Positions 22,165-34,421 of a DNA stretch of 64,000 bases are shown piece by piece. The DNA is from Octopus vulgaris (lineage: Eukaryota). Below the pieces are notes generated by a model, which ran no database searches, was not told where the DNA came from, and was given only the letters and a program-made list of their open reading frames with translations. A program made the translations under genes and the position numbers. Position 1 is the first letter of the stretch. Each line of letters begins with the position of its first letter. Location: contig OX597832.1 in assembly GCA_951406725.2 (NCBI GenBank), positions 53,940,001 through 54,004,000 on the forward strand. Reading direction: 5' to 3'.

Positions 22165-24019
22165 CAGTCAATTTGCTACAAAACCGTGTCACATCTGTCA
22201 CTGTGTCTCACCTTTAGTCAACTCGGGGATAAATTTATGCAGATTTTGCTGACAGAAGAAAGAACTCCACCTTTATTCTTTACAACCTCGTTTCTCATCC
22301 AACCAAACAAACAAAACAATTCAACTTGTCGGTGTTCTCGACCAAGGTTAATCGAAGCTTAGCAAACATTTAAACAACACTGCCTAGCTACCTGTACCAA
22401 CTCAACAGCTGTGAGATTATTTCGGCAGCGGGTTATACAATAACAACTGTTCCATACAAATCTAACAATGGATGATCGTGTAGAGTATAGGTCGTTCCCC
22501 TCATCCTATTATCTCAGGTTTTTTACTCCTAATCATACAATCAATCGCCAACTTGTACCTGTAGTAGAACAGCCAACGACCTTTGGAAATTGCCTGAAAT
22601 ACTCATCCTAAAAATCCGTACTGGAAATCTTACACGTCATTGCTCAGAGCATACTGCAGAGCGAGCATCACTACCTTTCTGTAAGTCATTGATAATGTTA
22701 ACACACGTTTGACCGCATTGACCGAGCAGCAGACGATGTACTTTAAGGCGAGAGTCTGTTTATCCTCGAACTGCAACTACTATACTTTGGAAGCGTTTAT
22801 CCAAGTAAACAGGTTTATACTTTGTGCAAAACAACCGTGACTTCTCTCTGCCTTTCAGAAATCTATGAAGATTCTGTCGCACAGCTTGACTGCATTATGG
22901 AACAGATGCCGACTCCAAGTAATTTTATTTAAGGAAACCTGACGTTAGTTGAGCCCTCAGTAACACCTAATATTTCTACTAAAAATGTATAAGCGATCTC
23001 GTTAACACAAGGGACAGTGTTGACCGCATTGACCGAGCAGCAGACGGCATGTTTAATTTTGGTGTCACTTTTAGGTATGCTTTTTTTAAAAACAAAGATA
23101 CTCCAAGCCAACAGTGTAGCTACAGTGTGTGCAACCAGGGGCAGCTCCTAAGTTTGCTGTGCTCGAACTGCAACTACTATAAAAGCGTCCCTCAGGGCAG
23201 CCTGTTCTCTTGCCCGCTTCCCTTTAAGCTACACTGCAGCTCCAAGCTCGATACACCTTCGGACCCTGCCAGGTTCAAATCTGGCATTCAGTTTAGAGAT
23301 AGCTCCCACTCAACTGGGAGCGATTGAATCAAATAAAAACAATACTTCCAACAAAATTTAAACTAAGGCAGTTATTCTTAAAGTGGATGGCACCAACCCC
23401 TGGGACGCGGGTAGTGGAAACATTTATATAGGTACGATGGTGAAGGGACTCGTAGGAGACGATAGGTATGCCCTAGTTTCCAAGCTATTTTCAGTTTTTA
23501 TTTTCTGTTTGAACCATCAGGTAATTATTAATTGTCGAAATGAAAGCAGCAAGCTGGCAAAATGGTTAGCACGCCAGACAAACTGCTTCGCGACATTTCG
23601 TCCGGCTTTAGGTTGTGAGTTCTAATTTCGCCGAGGTCGACTTTACCTTTCATCCCTTTCGGGGGGGGGGGGATAAAATAAGTACCTATTTCTTTATTAC
23701 CCACAAGGGGCTAAACACAGAGGGGAAAAACAAGGACAGACATAGGTATTAAGTCGATTACATCGACCCCAGTGCGTAACTGGTACTTAATTTATCGACC
23801 CCGAAAGGATGAAAGGCAAAGTCGACCTCGGCGGAATTTGAACTCACAACGTAACGGCAGACAAAATACCGCTAAGCATTTCGCCCGGCGTGCTAACGTT
23901 TCTGCCAGCTCGCCGCCTTAAAATAAAATAAGTACCAATTGGTCGACGTAATTGACTTACCCATGCTAACGATTCTGCCAGCTCACCACTTAGGTCATAT
24001 AATTAATATTGATTTTAAG

Positions 24020-24591
24020 ACGGCGAGCTGGCAGAATCGTTAGCACGCCGGGAGAAATGCCCATCGGTATTTCGCCTGCCGTTACGTTCTGAGTTCAAAT
24101 TCTGCCGAGGTCGACTTTGCCTTTCATCCTTACGGGGTCGATTAAATAAGTACCAGTTACGCACTGGGGTCGATATAATCGACTTAATCTGTTTGTCCCC
24201 TCTGTGTTTAGCCCCTTGTGGGTAGTAAAGAAATAGGTATTTCGTCTGCCGTTACGTTCTGAGTTCAAATTCTGCCGAGGTCGACTTTGCCTTTCACCCT
24301 TACGGGGTCGATTAAATAAGTACCAGTTACGCACTGGGTCGATATAATCGACTTAATCCGTTTGTCTGTCCTTGTTTGTCGCCTCTGTGTTTAGCCCCTT
24401 GTGGGTAGTAAAGAAATAGGTATTTCGTCAGCCGCTACGTTCTGAGTTCAAATTCCGCCGAGGTCGACTTTGCCTTTCATCCTTACGGGGTCGATTAAAT
24501 AAGTACCAGTTACGCACTGAGGTCGATGTAATCGACTTAATCCCTTTGTTTGTCCCGTCTGTGTTTAGCCCTCTGTGTGCAGTAAAGAAAT
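24020..24591 (+). mobile_element. SINE family B trimer
   Basis: One head plus three tandem bodies. It lies head-to-head with the minus copy at 23684-23919. Confidence 0.85.
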
Positions 24592-25119
24592 ATATATATA
24601 TAAAATACTACAATTAGCCGTCATTTTTGATGGCACGGGGCCAGCTATTTTTTTAGTAGAGATTAACCTGTCGGCTGTGATTTTTTTGTGGTAAATTCAA
24701 TTTTGCTGAATTGTAGCAAGAACAACTTTGACGAAAACAAAAATGTTAGTAAAAGAAAAGAGAGTGGTAGTTAAAAAAAAAAGCACGAGAAATGCTGCAC
24801 AATGAAAGGAGGTCACTACTACAACACATTCTTGCAAAGGAAGTTTGCCGCTCCTAGGATTGCTGAAGAGAACATTTAGGGACGTCCTCGCAAACAATCG
24901 TCCTTAAAGCGTCCATAATGGCGTTCCTAGAACAAGTGACGTCATTAACATCCCTTATAAACCTCGACCGTTACCTTCTTCAGTCTCGTGTGTTCTACTG
25001 CAGGGATCCTCAGAAACAGGGTCACCGTCATTTGCGACCTGACCGATGGGAAAGAACAAGTTAAAAATGTTTATTTCTATTTCACTGACTACCGCAAACT
25101 GCATAGTATCTTTGCATTA

Positions 25120-25181
<62 letters not shown>

Positions 25182-25619
25182 GGCATAGGAGTGGCTGTGT
25201 GGTAAATAGCTTGCTTACCAACCACATGGTTCCGGGTTCAGTCCCACTGCGTGGCACCTTGGGCAAGTATCTTCTACTATAGTATCGGGCCGATCAAAGT
25301 CTTGTGAGTGGATTTGATAGACGGAAACTGAAAGAAGCCCGTCGTGTATATGTATATATATATATGTGTGTGTGTATATGTTTGTGTGTCTGTGTTTGTC
25401 CCTCCAACATCGCTTGACAACCGATGCTGGTGTGTTTACGTCCCCGTAACTCAGCGGCTCGCCAAAAAGAGACCGATAGAATAAGTACTAGGCTTACAAA
25501 GAATAAGTCCTGGGGTCGATTTGCTCGACTAAAGGCAGTGCTCCAGCATGGCCACAGTCAAATGACTGAAACAAGTAAAAGAATATATATATATATATAT
25601 ATATATACATATGTATGAA

Positions 25620-25970
25620 TGTATTATTATTATTATTATTATTATTGAGAGAGCAGTGAGAATGCATGCCACCAGAGTGACACGGGTAAAATATACAAAG
25701 CCCAGTATACCCATCATGACTATCCGTCTGATAAGGGTACGCCAGGTACATGCATCACAACCATATGTGCACGACATGGTGATCTCATATCAAAATTAGC
25801 AGCACATTACTTTGCAGGTGGGGTCCCAGTTAGAATTTTCTTCAGGTCTAAAGGTTCCTGAATAAGGGTTGTTTGAGGATGATGAACGAGACACCCATGT
25901 TTGCAGAGGTAAATTATCCAACTCCAAAGAATTCTTCTCAGCACATGGCTATGATACTCCCCCACTACTG
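25620..25970 (-). mobile_element. Retroposon family E 3' end with (TAA)n tail
   Basis: Matches 36560-37130 (AAAGCCCAGTATACCCATCATGACTA...GGTGATCTCATATC), and both follow (ATT)n. Confidence 0.7.
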
Positions 25971-26652
25971 CCCTAACCACTAGGCCATTGTGCCTCCACA
26001 TGTATATACATACCTATGTGTATTTCTCTTCGTCACACCACCGCTTGATGACCAGTATTTGTTTGTTTACGTCTCCGTAACTTAGCGATTCGGCAAAGAG
26101 AGACGGATAGAATAAGTACCAGACTTTAGAAGAAAAAAATTGAGTACTAGAAGCAGTTTGTCCGACTAAACCCTTTCAAAGCGGAGCGGTGCCCCAGCAT
26201 GACCGTAGTCCAGTGACTGAAACAAGTAAAAGATAAAAAGAATGGAATTATCAATTTCTTTAAAAAAAAAAAAAACAGAAACAGAAAAAAATTAACTTCA
26301 AAACAAAAAAAAATCTCATTAGAATCGAGAGGAATCAAAGAGTTTGAGTATGGGAAGCTATCATATGGTAGAAGTAGATTGTAACAGATAAAAACTTTTT
26401 AAATTGCTTGCAGACAATCTGATGTCAGAGAATAATAATCAGTTAGAAAGTTCTATCTGTCCGTCTGTCTATCTGTTTGTCCCCCCTCTCTCTTCCCCTC
26501 CTCTCTCTCTCTATCTCTCAGGAAGCCGTCAACACTGAAGTCTTTGAAACCTTTGACGGATAAAGAAATTGTTGTAAGGAAATAAATTTAGGATCTAAAA
26601 GCCTATATATTGACAGTGTCGATCCCATGACATTCGTCAATATACACATACG

Positions 26653-26732
<80 letters not shown>

Positions 26733-26816
26733 AACACACACACACACATATATATATTGTTATATATATATTGTTATATTTCGGAATGGTCATTTTGCCA
26801 GTTTAGCCAATAAACG

Positions 26817-26850
<34 letters not shown>

Positions 26851-26875
26851 CATACATACATACATACATACATAC

Positions 26876-26922
<47 letters not shown>

Positions 26923-26935
26923 CATACATACATAT

Positions 26936-26980
<45 letters not shown>

Positions 26981-26989
26981 AATAATAAA

Positions 26990-28442
26990 TATTAGGAATA
27001 AATCCAACTTTACAGGGAAAAATATATATATATTTATTACATTGTTTCATTCATAATTTTTGAGTGGTGTTCGTTTTGCCACGTGAATATTATTTTTAAT
27101 TCCATTTATTCCATTTCTCCATTCATTAATTTAGAGATGTTCGTTTCCAGAGCGGTTATATTTTTTATACATATGTTAAGTTCCTTGGTAAAGTAATTTT
27201 GTTTGGTGTATATGTTGAGGCTTATTTGTACTTGTGGGTGTGTGTGAGTGGGGTGGGTGTTTGTATTTGTTATGAGTGTGTGGTTTACGTGTGTGTTTTT
27301 GTGTGTGAATGTATAGGTTAAAGGGATTGCTATATAAGTATGTTATAGTGTTTAGTAAAGGGAGGTTTTATTATTTCTGTTTTGTGAGTTTTAGCTTATC
27401 ATGGTAGTTTTATAAAAGAATCCATTCATAATTTTTGTGTTGATTTGTCTTTGTGGGGTTGAGTGGGTTTTTGGAGTATATGTTGAGGTTTATATGTATG
27501 TATTGGTATGTGTAAGTGGTGTGGGTATTTGTATATGTCGTGGGTGTGTGGTTTACGTGTGTGTATTTGTGTGTGAATGTTTAGGTTAGGGGGATTGCTA
27601 TATAGGTATGTTATAGAGTTTAGTAAAGGGAGATTTTATCATTATATGTTTTTGTGAGTTTTGGTTTATCATGGTAGGTTTGTTTAGGAATTCGTAGTAA
27701 TTTGTGTATATTTGCGATGTCTGTTGTTTTATTGCATTGTTTCATTCATAATTTTTAAGTAGTGTTCGTTTTACCAAGTGAATATAATTTTTAATTCCAT
27801 TTATTCCATTTCTCCGTTCATAATTTTGAGTGATGTCCGTTTTCTAGAGCGTGAATGTGGGTTGTATGTGTGTGTGTGTGGGAGTATGAATAAGTATTGT
27901 GTTGAAGTATTTAGCTATTTTATTTATTTATAGTTGCCTAGACGTTTTTATGTGTATGTATAGGGATATATATATATAGGTGTGTGATTTAGTGTATGTA
28001 GTTAGATATGGTTATTTATAATTAGGTATAAGTGTATGGGTGTATATATAGTTTATTATTATATTATTATTATTTTTTTGTTTTGTTTTATATTTTATAT
28101 TTTATATTTTTTATTTTATATTTTATATTTTATATTTTATATTTAATTGTTGATAGGTTTATTTTAGTTTATATATTGTTTATATATTGATTATATATGG
28201 ATTATATATAGGTTATATATGGATTATATATTTATATTTTTTCATTCATACTTTAATTATTTAAAAAATTATTATTTATATATTTTAAAATATTGATATT
28301 TTAGATTGAAGTCCACCTGAAGATTGTCGATCAAGACAAGAAACGATTGTAGTGGCGGTTTTTTTGACTATTTATTAAAATTTTATGTATTGATTAAGTC
28401 TTTCCTTGTTTGTTTTGCAAAATAGTGGTTTTGTCTCTAATA

Positions 28443-28445
<3 letters not shown>
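26990..28445. mobile_element. Probable Penelope-like element remnant between (TA)n tracts
   Basis: T/G-skewed and internally duplicated, and it ends in a segment bearing a minimal hammerhead fold (28313-28355). I saw no intact RT or GIY-YIG ORF. Confidence 0.5.
28313..28355 (+). ncRNA. Minimal type-I hammerhead ribozyme (Penelope-type)
   Basis: CCAC-CTGAAGA-TTGTC gatcaa GACAA-GAAA-C gatt GTA-GTGG gives stem I CCAC/GTGG, an intact CUGANGA/GAAA core, a 5-bp stem II, a short stem III and a GUA cleavage triplet. Confidence 0.75.
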
Positions 28446-28505
<60 letters not shown>

Positions 28506-28526
28506 CATACATACATGCATACATAC

Positions 28527-28594
<68 letters not shown>

Positions 28595-28642
28595 ATATTT
28601 TGTATTGGCGTGATGTCCGCAAGACAACATAAAACACACACA

Positions 28643-28714
<72 letters not shown>

Positions 28715-28719
28715 TATAT

Positions 28720-28876
28720 AAACACAAAAGAGGTATCCATTATAGGGCTACCTGCACGCTAGAGAAGACAGTTAAATTCCAAACCACTATTAGAGATAAA
28801 ATTTCAAATGGAATAAAACTAACTCCTGTCTCTCTAGCGTGCAGGTAGTCCTATGATGGATACCTCTTTTGTGTTT
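28720..28876. repeat. Inverted repeat, ~46-bp arms
   Basis: AAACACAAAAGAGGTATCCATTATAGGGCTACCTGCACGCTAGAGA ... TCTCTAGCGTGCAGGTAGTCCTATGATGGATACCTCTTTTGTGTTT. Confidence 0.88.
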
Positions 28877-28992
28877 AAATGAACACCGTATTTATATGAA
28901 TAATATATTGTCTATTGACTAAATTTCCTTTACACGCTAGGCCCCTTGTAATGGAAATTTCTAATATTTCAGATTACCCTCCTTTGATATTA

Positions 28993-29190
<198 letters not shown>

Positions 29191-29329
29191 TGAGAAGTAG
29201 TCATAACCGCTGTCAATTGTTTTAACTTCAGTATACCATGAAACATTTAACAAGCCGACTTGCAAACTTTCGTTATTTTGAAAGAGACAAAAGCAACAAC
29301 ACTTTGAACACACTCTACCAGACAATACT

Positions 29330-29850
29330 TGTCACAGCTGACTAGCTTACTGAATGCAGTCGGTACGTGGAGACAGTTTCGAAGCTCCCTATGTAATAAC
29401 GTTTTATGTTAAACTGGCAAAAACGTTCGAGGAACTTGTGAAAGGCTCCAGACTGCTTAAAGATTAACTTGTATGAGCCGAGCATGCGTTTTTCGCTGGC
29501 ACAACAGGCTGAGCAAAGCAAGTCCACCAGGAGGCTCATGAAGATCCTCTTTTTCGACTGCGAGAGCATTATCTATATCTGTTAGGTTTCCTCTGACCAG
29601 ACGGCCAGCAAAAAGTATTTTGTGGAGGTTTTGAGGGAGTTCAGGAGGTGAAGAGATTTCGTCGCAATATGTCAGTGAACCTAGACCAGGACAAAGCATC
29701 AGTTTGCAATTCCATCCTGGTAACTAATTACTTGACAGAGATGGACATCAAAACTGTCCTCCATACTCCCTACAGTCCAGGCTTTGCTTCTTGTGACTTT
29801 TGGTTGTTCCTCAAGCTGAAAGGAAAGATGAATGAGGTTGTGACAAGAGT
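29330..29850 (+). pseudogene. Degenerate mariner transposase fragment (second family)
   Basis: DQDKASVCNS...IKTVLHTPYSPGFASCDFWLFLKLK resembles the mariner HDNA...HPPYSPDLAPCDFWLFPKLK block. It is interrupted by frameshifts. Confidence 0.75.
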
Positions 29851-32205
29851 CCTACGTTTAGCATCTTGTGGACAGATATTAGCTACATGAAAGTTGCAGT
29901 GAGGGGGTGACGTTTGTGCAATTTGGATCTATCAGATTATTTGTATAAATTCTTGCTAAAAAGGTAGAAAAGTTGACAGGACAACTCTAGATCACCTTAA
30001 CATTAGTTTTATAAAATTTACAGTTTGTGGGGGAAAGTATATTTAATAAGCAAAAGAAAGTTCAAGGAAAGTTTGACTACCATTTTAGCATAACGGTGGG
30101 TTATACCATGTGATTTTCCTTTTCTTTATTTTACTTTAAATCGTTAAATCGTTTCTAAGAAAAGTATATCTCCTCACCCACAATTTTTATTACTTTTAAA
30201 TCTGCTTCTAAGATAAATAGTTGTTTCCACTATTCCCTTTTCTACTACACTGTTCCATTACTCAAACACATCGTCCTCAATATTTGAAAATCTATCTCTC
30301 TTTCCCTTTCCTTTTCTTCTTTTTCCTTCCTACTCAAGTTATTTATCCTCTTTTCCTCTTACTGTCCTCCTTTCCTTCCTTTTTCCCATAGTTGGACATT
30401 TAACGCTTCATTTATGTATTCTCACGTTCTATACATTTTTTCCATCTTTTATTTTTAATATTTGTTTAATTTAACTGTTATGCGTGGATTTTTATGTGTG
30501 CTCTTTAAGGCGATGTGCGTTTGTCTGTTAGCATCCATAGTTAAATATAATTTACATGCGGATTGGCCTGCACGTACGATAGTGTGTGTTTGCATTCGCG
30601 GCTGTGTATGTTTACACGTTTGTACACGTGTTTATGCACGTAATAATATGCCCGTGTGCATATCTTATGGATGCATAAACAAGCATTCAAGCAACTAAGT
30701 GTGAGTGTGTGTGTGTGTGTGTGAATGTGTGTGTGAGTGTGTGCGTGTATGTGTGTGTGTATGTGTGTGAATGTGCGTGTATATGCGTGTGTGTGCGTGC
30801 ATGTGTCTCTGTGTGTGTGTAAATGTGTGTATATGGTATGTGTGTATATGGTATGTGTGTGTGTGTGTGCTTGCGTGTATGTGTGTGTGTGTCCGTGTGC
30901 TATGTATGGGTTTCTATGTCTGCTACACGTCTGCATATTCTTTTATTCTTTTACTTGTTTCAGTCAACTGACTGCTGCCATGCTGGAGCATCGCCTTTTA
31001 GTCGAAGAAATCGACACCTGGTGCTTATTCTATCGGTTGCGTCTGCCGAACCGCTAAGTTACGGGAACGTAGACACACCAACATCGGTTGCCAAGCGATA
31101 GTGGTAGGGGGAGCAAGCACACACATAAACACACACACACACAGATACTTACACACGCACGCACACACACACACATATATACACAGCGAGTTTCTTTCAG
31201 TTTCCGTCTACCAAATCCACTCACAAGGCTTTGGTCGGTCCGAGGTCATAGTAGAAGATACTTGCCTAGGGTGCCACGCAGCGGAACTAAACTGGCAGAC
31301 ACGTTAGCACGCCGGGCGAAATGCTTAGAGGTATTTCGTCTGCCGTTACGTTCTGAGTTCAAATTCCGCCGAGGTCGACTTTGCCTTTCACTCTTTCGGG
31401 GTCGATAAATTAAGTACCAGTTACGCACTGGGGTCGATGTAATCGACTTAATACCTATGTCTGTCCTTGTTTGTCCCCTCTATGTTTGGCCCCTTGTGGG
31501 TAGTAAAGAAATAGGTATTTCGTTTGTCTTTAAGTTCTGAGTTCAAATTCCGCTGAGGTCGACTTTGACTTGGCCTTTCATCCTTTCGGGGGTCGATAAA
31601 TTAAGTACCAGATGCATACTGGGGTCGATCTAATCGATTGGCCCGCCTCCTCCAAAATTTCGGGCCTTGTGCCTAGAGTAGAAACGAAACCTGGAACCAT
31701 GTGGTTGGGAAGCACGTTTCTTACCACACAGCCACGCATGCGCCTACATGTACATGTATCTATGCTTGTATTTACCGGAGCGAATTTAAGTTTATTTCTG
31801 TTTCACTCATTGGACTTTTACCATTCTAGGGAACACAGAATAAACCAAATCGACCCCAGCACAGATTTTTTAAAGCCTGGTACTTATTCTATCGGATATC
31901 TTTTGCCGAACCGCTGTGTTAGGTGGAACATGTCTGTTAAATGGAAGTAGCACCCTCCACACACACACACAGAGGATAGGCTTCTTGCAGTTTTACAGTT
32001 TCCCAGTTTCCCTCCACCAAATCCATCCAAAAACCTTTGGTTGGCCCAAGGCAAACGCCTTACCACGCAGCCACGCCGGCACCTATATGATATACAATAG
32101 TTAAAAGCTTTTATATTCTATGTTCGCACCTGTTTCGTATTTAAAAGAAAGTAAACAATAGGTTATGAAACATTTTAAATTTTATTTTTCATTTTTATTA
32201 TAATA

Positions 32206-32592
32206 CTAGCAGTATCGCCCGGCGTTGCTCAGGTTTGTAAGGGAAATAACTATAAAGCATTTTTGAGAGAGTTATAGCCAAAAAATAGCAAAAAAATGGA
32301 AAAAAAAATGATGGTAAATTTTTTTTGAGAGTTAAAACAGGTGGAGTTGCGTCCCCTAGACGGTCTGTGGTTTGGGTTTCTCATTCTCGACCCCATGTCG
32401 AATTTATCGATTTTTTTCAGAACTGGGGGAACTTTTCAAAATTTTCGCTGCGTTAGTTTTGAATTATGACATTGGGCTATGTGTGTGTCAAGTTTCATCA
32501 GAATCGGTTGAAAGCCGTGGTCAGAGTGAGGGTACGAGAAAACAGACACACAGAAACACGCACAGACAAACTGCCGTTTATATAGAGAGAGA
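32206..32592 (-). mobile_element. Non-autonomous Helitron
   Basis: Same CTAG-plus-hairpin end as 985-1379. The 5' end reads A|TCTCTCTCTATATAAACGG on the minus strand. Confidence 0.75.
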
Positions 32593-33669
32593 TTTTATAT
32601 ACTTCTATGTCAGATACGAAGCAACAAAAGTGTCACGGCAGACCAATTGTGTTAAAAGGTTTGGGATGGGTCTTGTTAAAAGGCAACGATTAAGAATTAT
32701 ATCAAATAAGATAAAACTTGCTCTGACGACATATCTTATTAAAAGCGTGACTGTGAGGTAAGAAGTTTGCTTCTAACTATATTTTTCAGGTTCCGTCTCA
32801 CTGCGTGGGACCTTGGGCGAGTATCTTCTACTATAAGCTTGGCCCAACCAAAACCTTGTGAACGGATTTGGTGGACGGAAACTGAAAGAAACCCGTCGTG
32901 TTATACATACAGTAAGACACGATATGTTTTATACTCCAGTCACGCCAGTAGAGGGGGAAAAAAAGAAACGAGTAGAAGTGTGTGACAGTCAGCGACGCTA
33001 AATGCAGGTGAACTGTTTTGAGAGGGTTTACTCTGCAGTCACTAGTATTGCAAACAAAGCGAAACTGCAAAGTTTTATCGTAAATTATATTTAATTTATC
33101 AATTTTACACATACGTATTCACACACGCTTACGCACGCACACACACACACTCACACACACGCACACGCACACACACATGCACGCACTAAGTTATATTTTA
33201 AAATATAGGAATACACTTTACCGGTTTCACATAAGATTTTCAAAAGTGTATATAGTGTATGGAGTTGTGTTACGAATTACATCTATTCTGGTCGTTGTTA
33301 CCTTCGATTTTGTGTATATTATTTACCCGATTGTTTTGATGTGCAATTAATAAAACAGTCTGTACTTTTGATGATATGGGTATCCCAGTGTGTGTGTGTG
33401 TGTGTGTGTGTGTCTTCTTTTTTGTTTTTAGCCATTTAAATTCTTCGTTTGAAGGAGCTGATTTCTAACAAAGATACAGATCTTCATCGTTACAATGTAG
33501 ATAACAAAATCAATGCTACATTTTAAACCTGAGTAAAGTCTTGCATAGTTTTATTCTTCCGCTTACAAATTGTATTTGTAATGTGCGAGTTGGTCGATTT
33601 CTTTTTCTGAAAATCCAAGCTTATCCAGACTGACAGTTAGGCATTTGTATGTTATGCATTGTATGTATG

Positions 33670-34095
33670 TATGTTATTGTATGGGGCCGAGACATGGCGA
33701 ACAACAGTTAAGTCAAATAAGCAAATACAATCATTCATCAACAGATGCTTGCGTAGTATACTTAAAATTAGATGGCCCGAACACATAAGCAATATGGAGC
33801 TATGGCAAAGAATAAATCAAGTTTCGATTAGGGAGCCAAATATTTAAGAAAAAGTGGAAGTGGATTGGTAGCACAATTAGAAAAGACACACCAAATGTAG
33901 CGAAAAGTGCTTTACAGTGGAATCCGGATGGATATAGAAAGAAAGGGTAGGCCTAAGAACTTGTGGCGGAGATCAACACAGAAGGAACTAGAGAAACGGG
34001 GACATTCATGGCAGAGTATAAGTACAGAAGTGAAAAATTATGCAACATGGAATTCAACTATAAGTGGCATATACTCCGTGTTGGAGTGTTAAAGG
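33670..34095 (+). pseudogene. 3' fragment of an RTE-clade LINE ORF
   Basis: LLYGAETW...IQSFINRCLRSILKIRWPEHISNMELWQR..., then KWIG..IRK and RKGRPKNLWRR, the typical RTE C-terminus. It is frameshifted. Confidence 0.85.
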
Positions 34096-34365
34096 CAGAA
34101 AAAAAATGTATGTATGTATGTATGTTATTATTCAGTTTTATTTCAAGATTTCTTATTAATAGTGAAAGAATCTATAGAATAAGTATTAGACTTACAAAGA
34201 ATAAGTCCTGGGGTCGATTTGCTCGACTAAAGGTGGTGCTCCAGCATGGCCGCAGTCAAATGACTGAAACAAAAGAGTAAATATAATTGTTAAAGAGAAC
34301 AACAAACGTTAAGGCAAGGCAAACATCTCAAGTCATACATTATTATTATTGGGAAAAAATTCTAA

Positions 34366-34421
34366 GTCTTACAGCTGTTTCTGTGACATCCCAGAGTATG
34401 GGATATTCCGTCATCGGAGAC
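34366..34421 (-). ncRNA. Hammerhead-like motif with CCGAUGA core
   Basis: The minus strand reads GTCT-CCGATGA-cggaATATCCCA tactc TGGGATGTcaca-GAA-ACAGCTGT-A-AGAC, with palindromic stem III ACAGCTGT. Confidence 0.6.

Noticed and set aside
22700-23180. Short duplicated motifs (TTGACCGCATTGACCGAGCAGCAGACG; CTCGAACTGCAACTACTATA)
   Set aside because: The duplication is real, but I could not assign an element or function. It is probably a decayed repeat.
24075-24155. HDV-like ribozyme in the family-B SINE body
   Set aside because: A GGTCGAC/GTCGATT stem exists, but I could not build the nested double pseudoknot or place the catalytic C.
26528-26562. CCGTCA..CTGAAG..GAAAC..TGACGG hammerhead-like string
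   Set aside because: The core is incomplete, there is no stem II and no proper NUH geometry.
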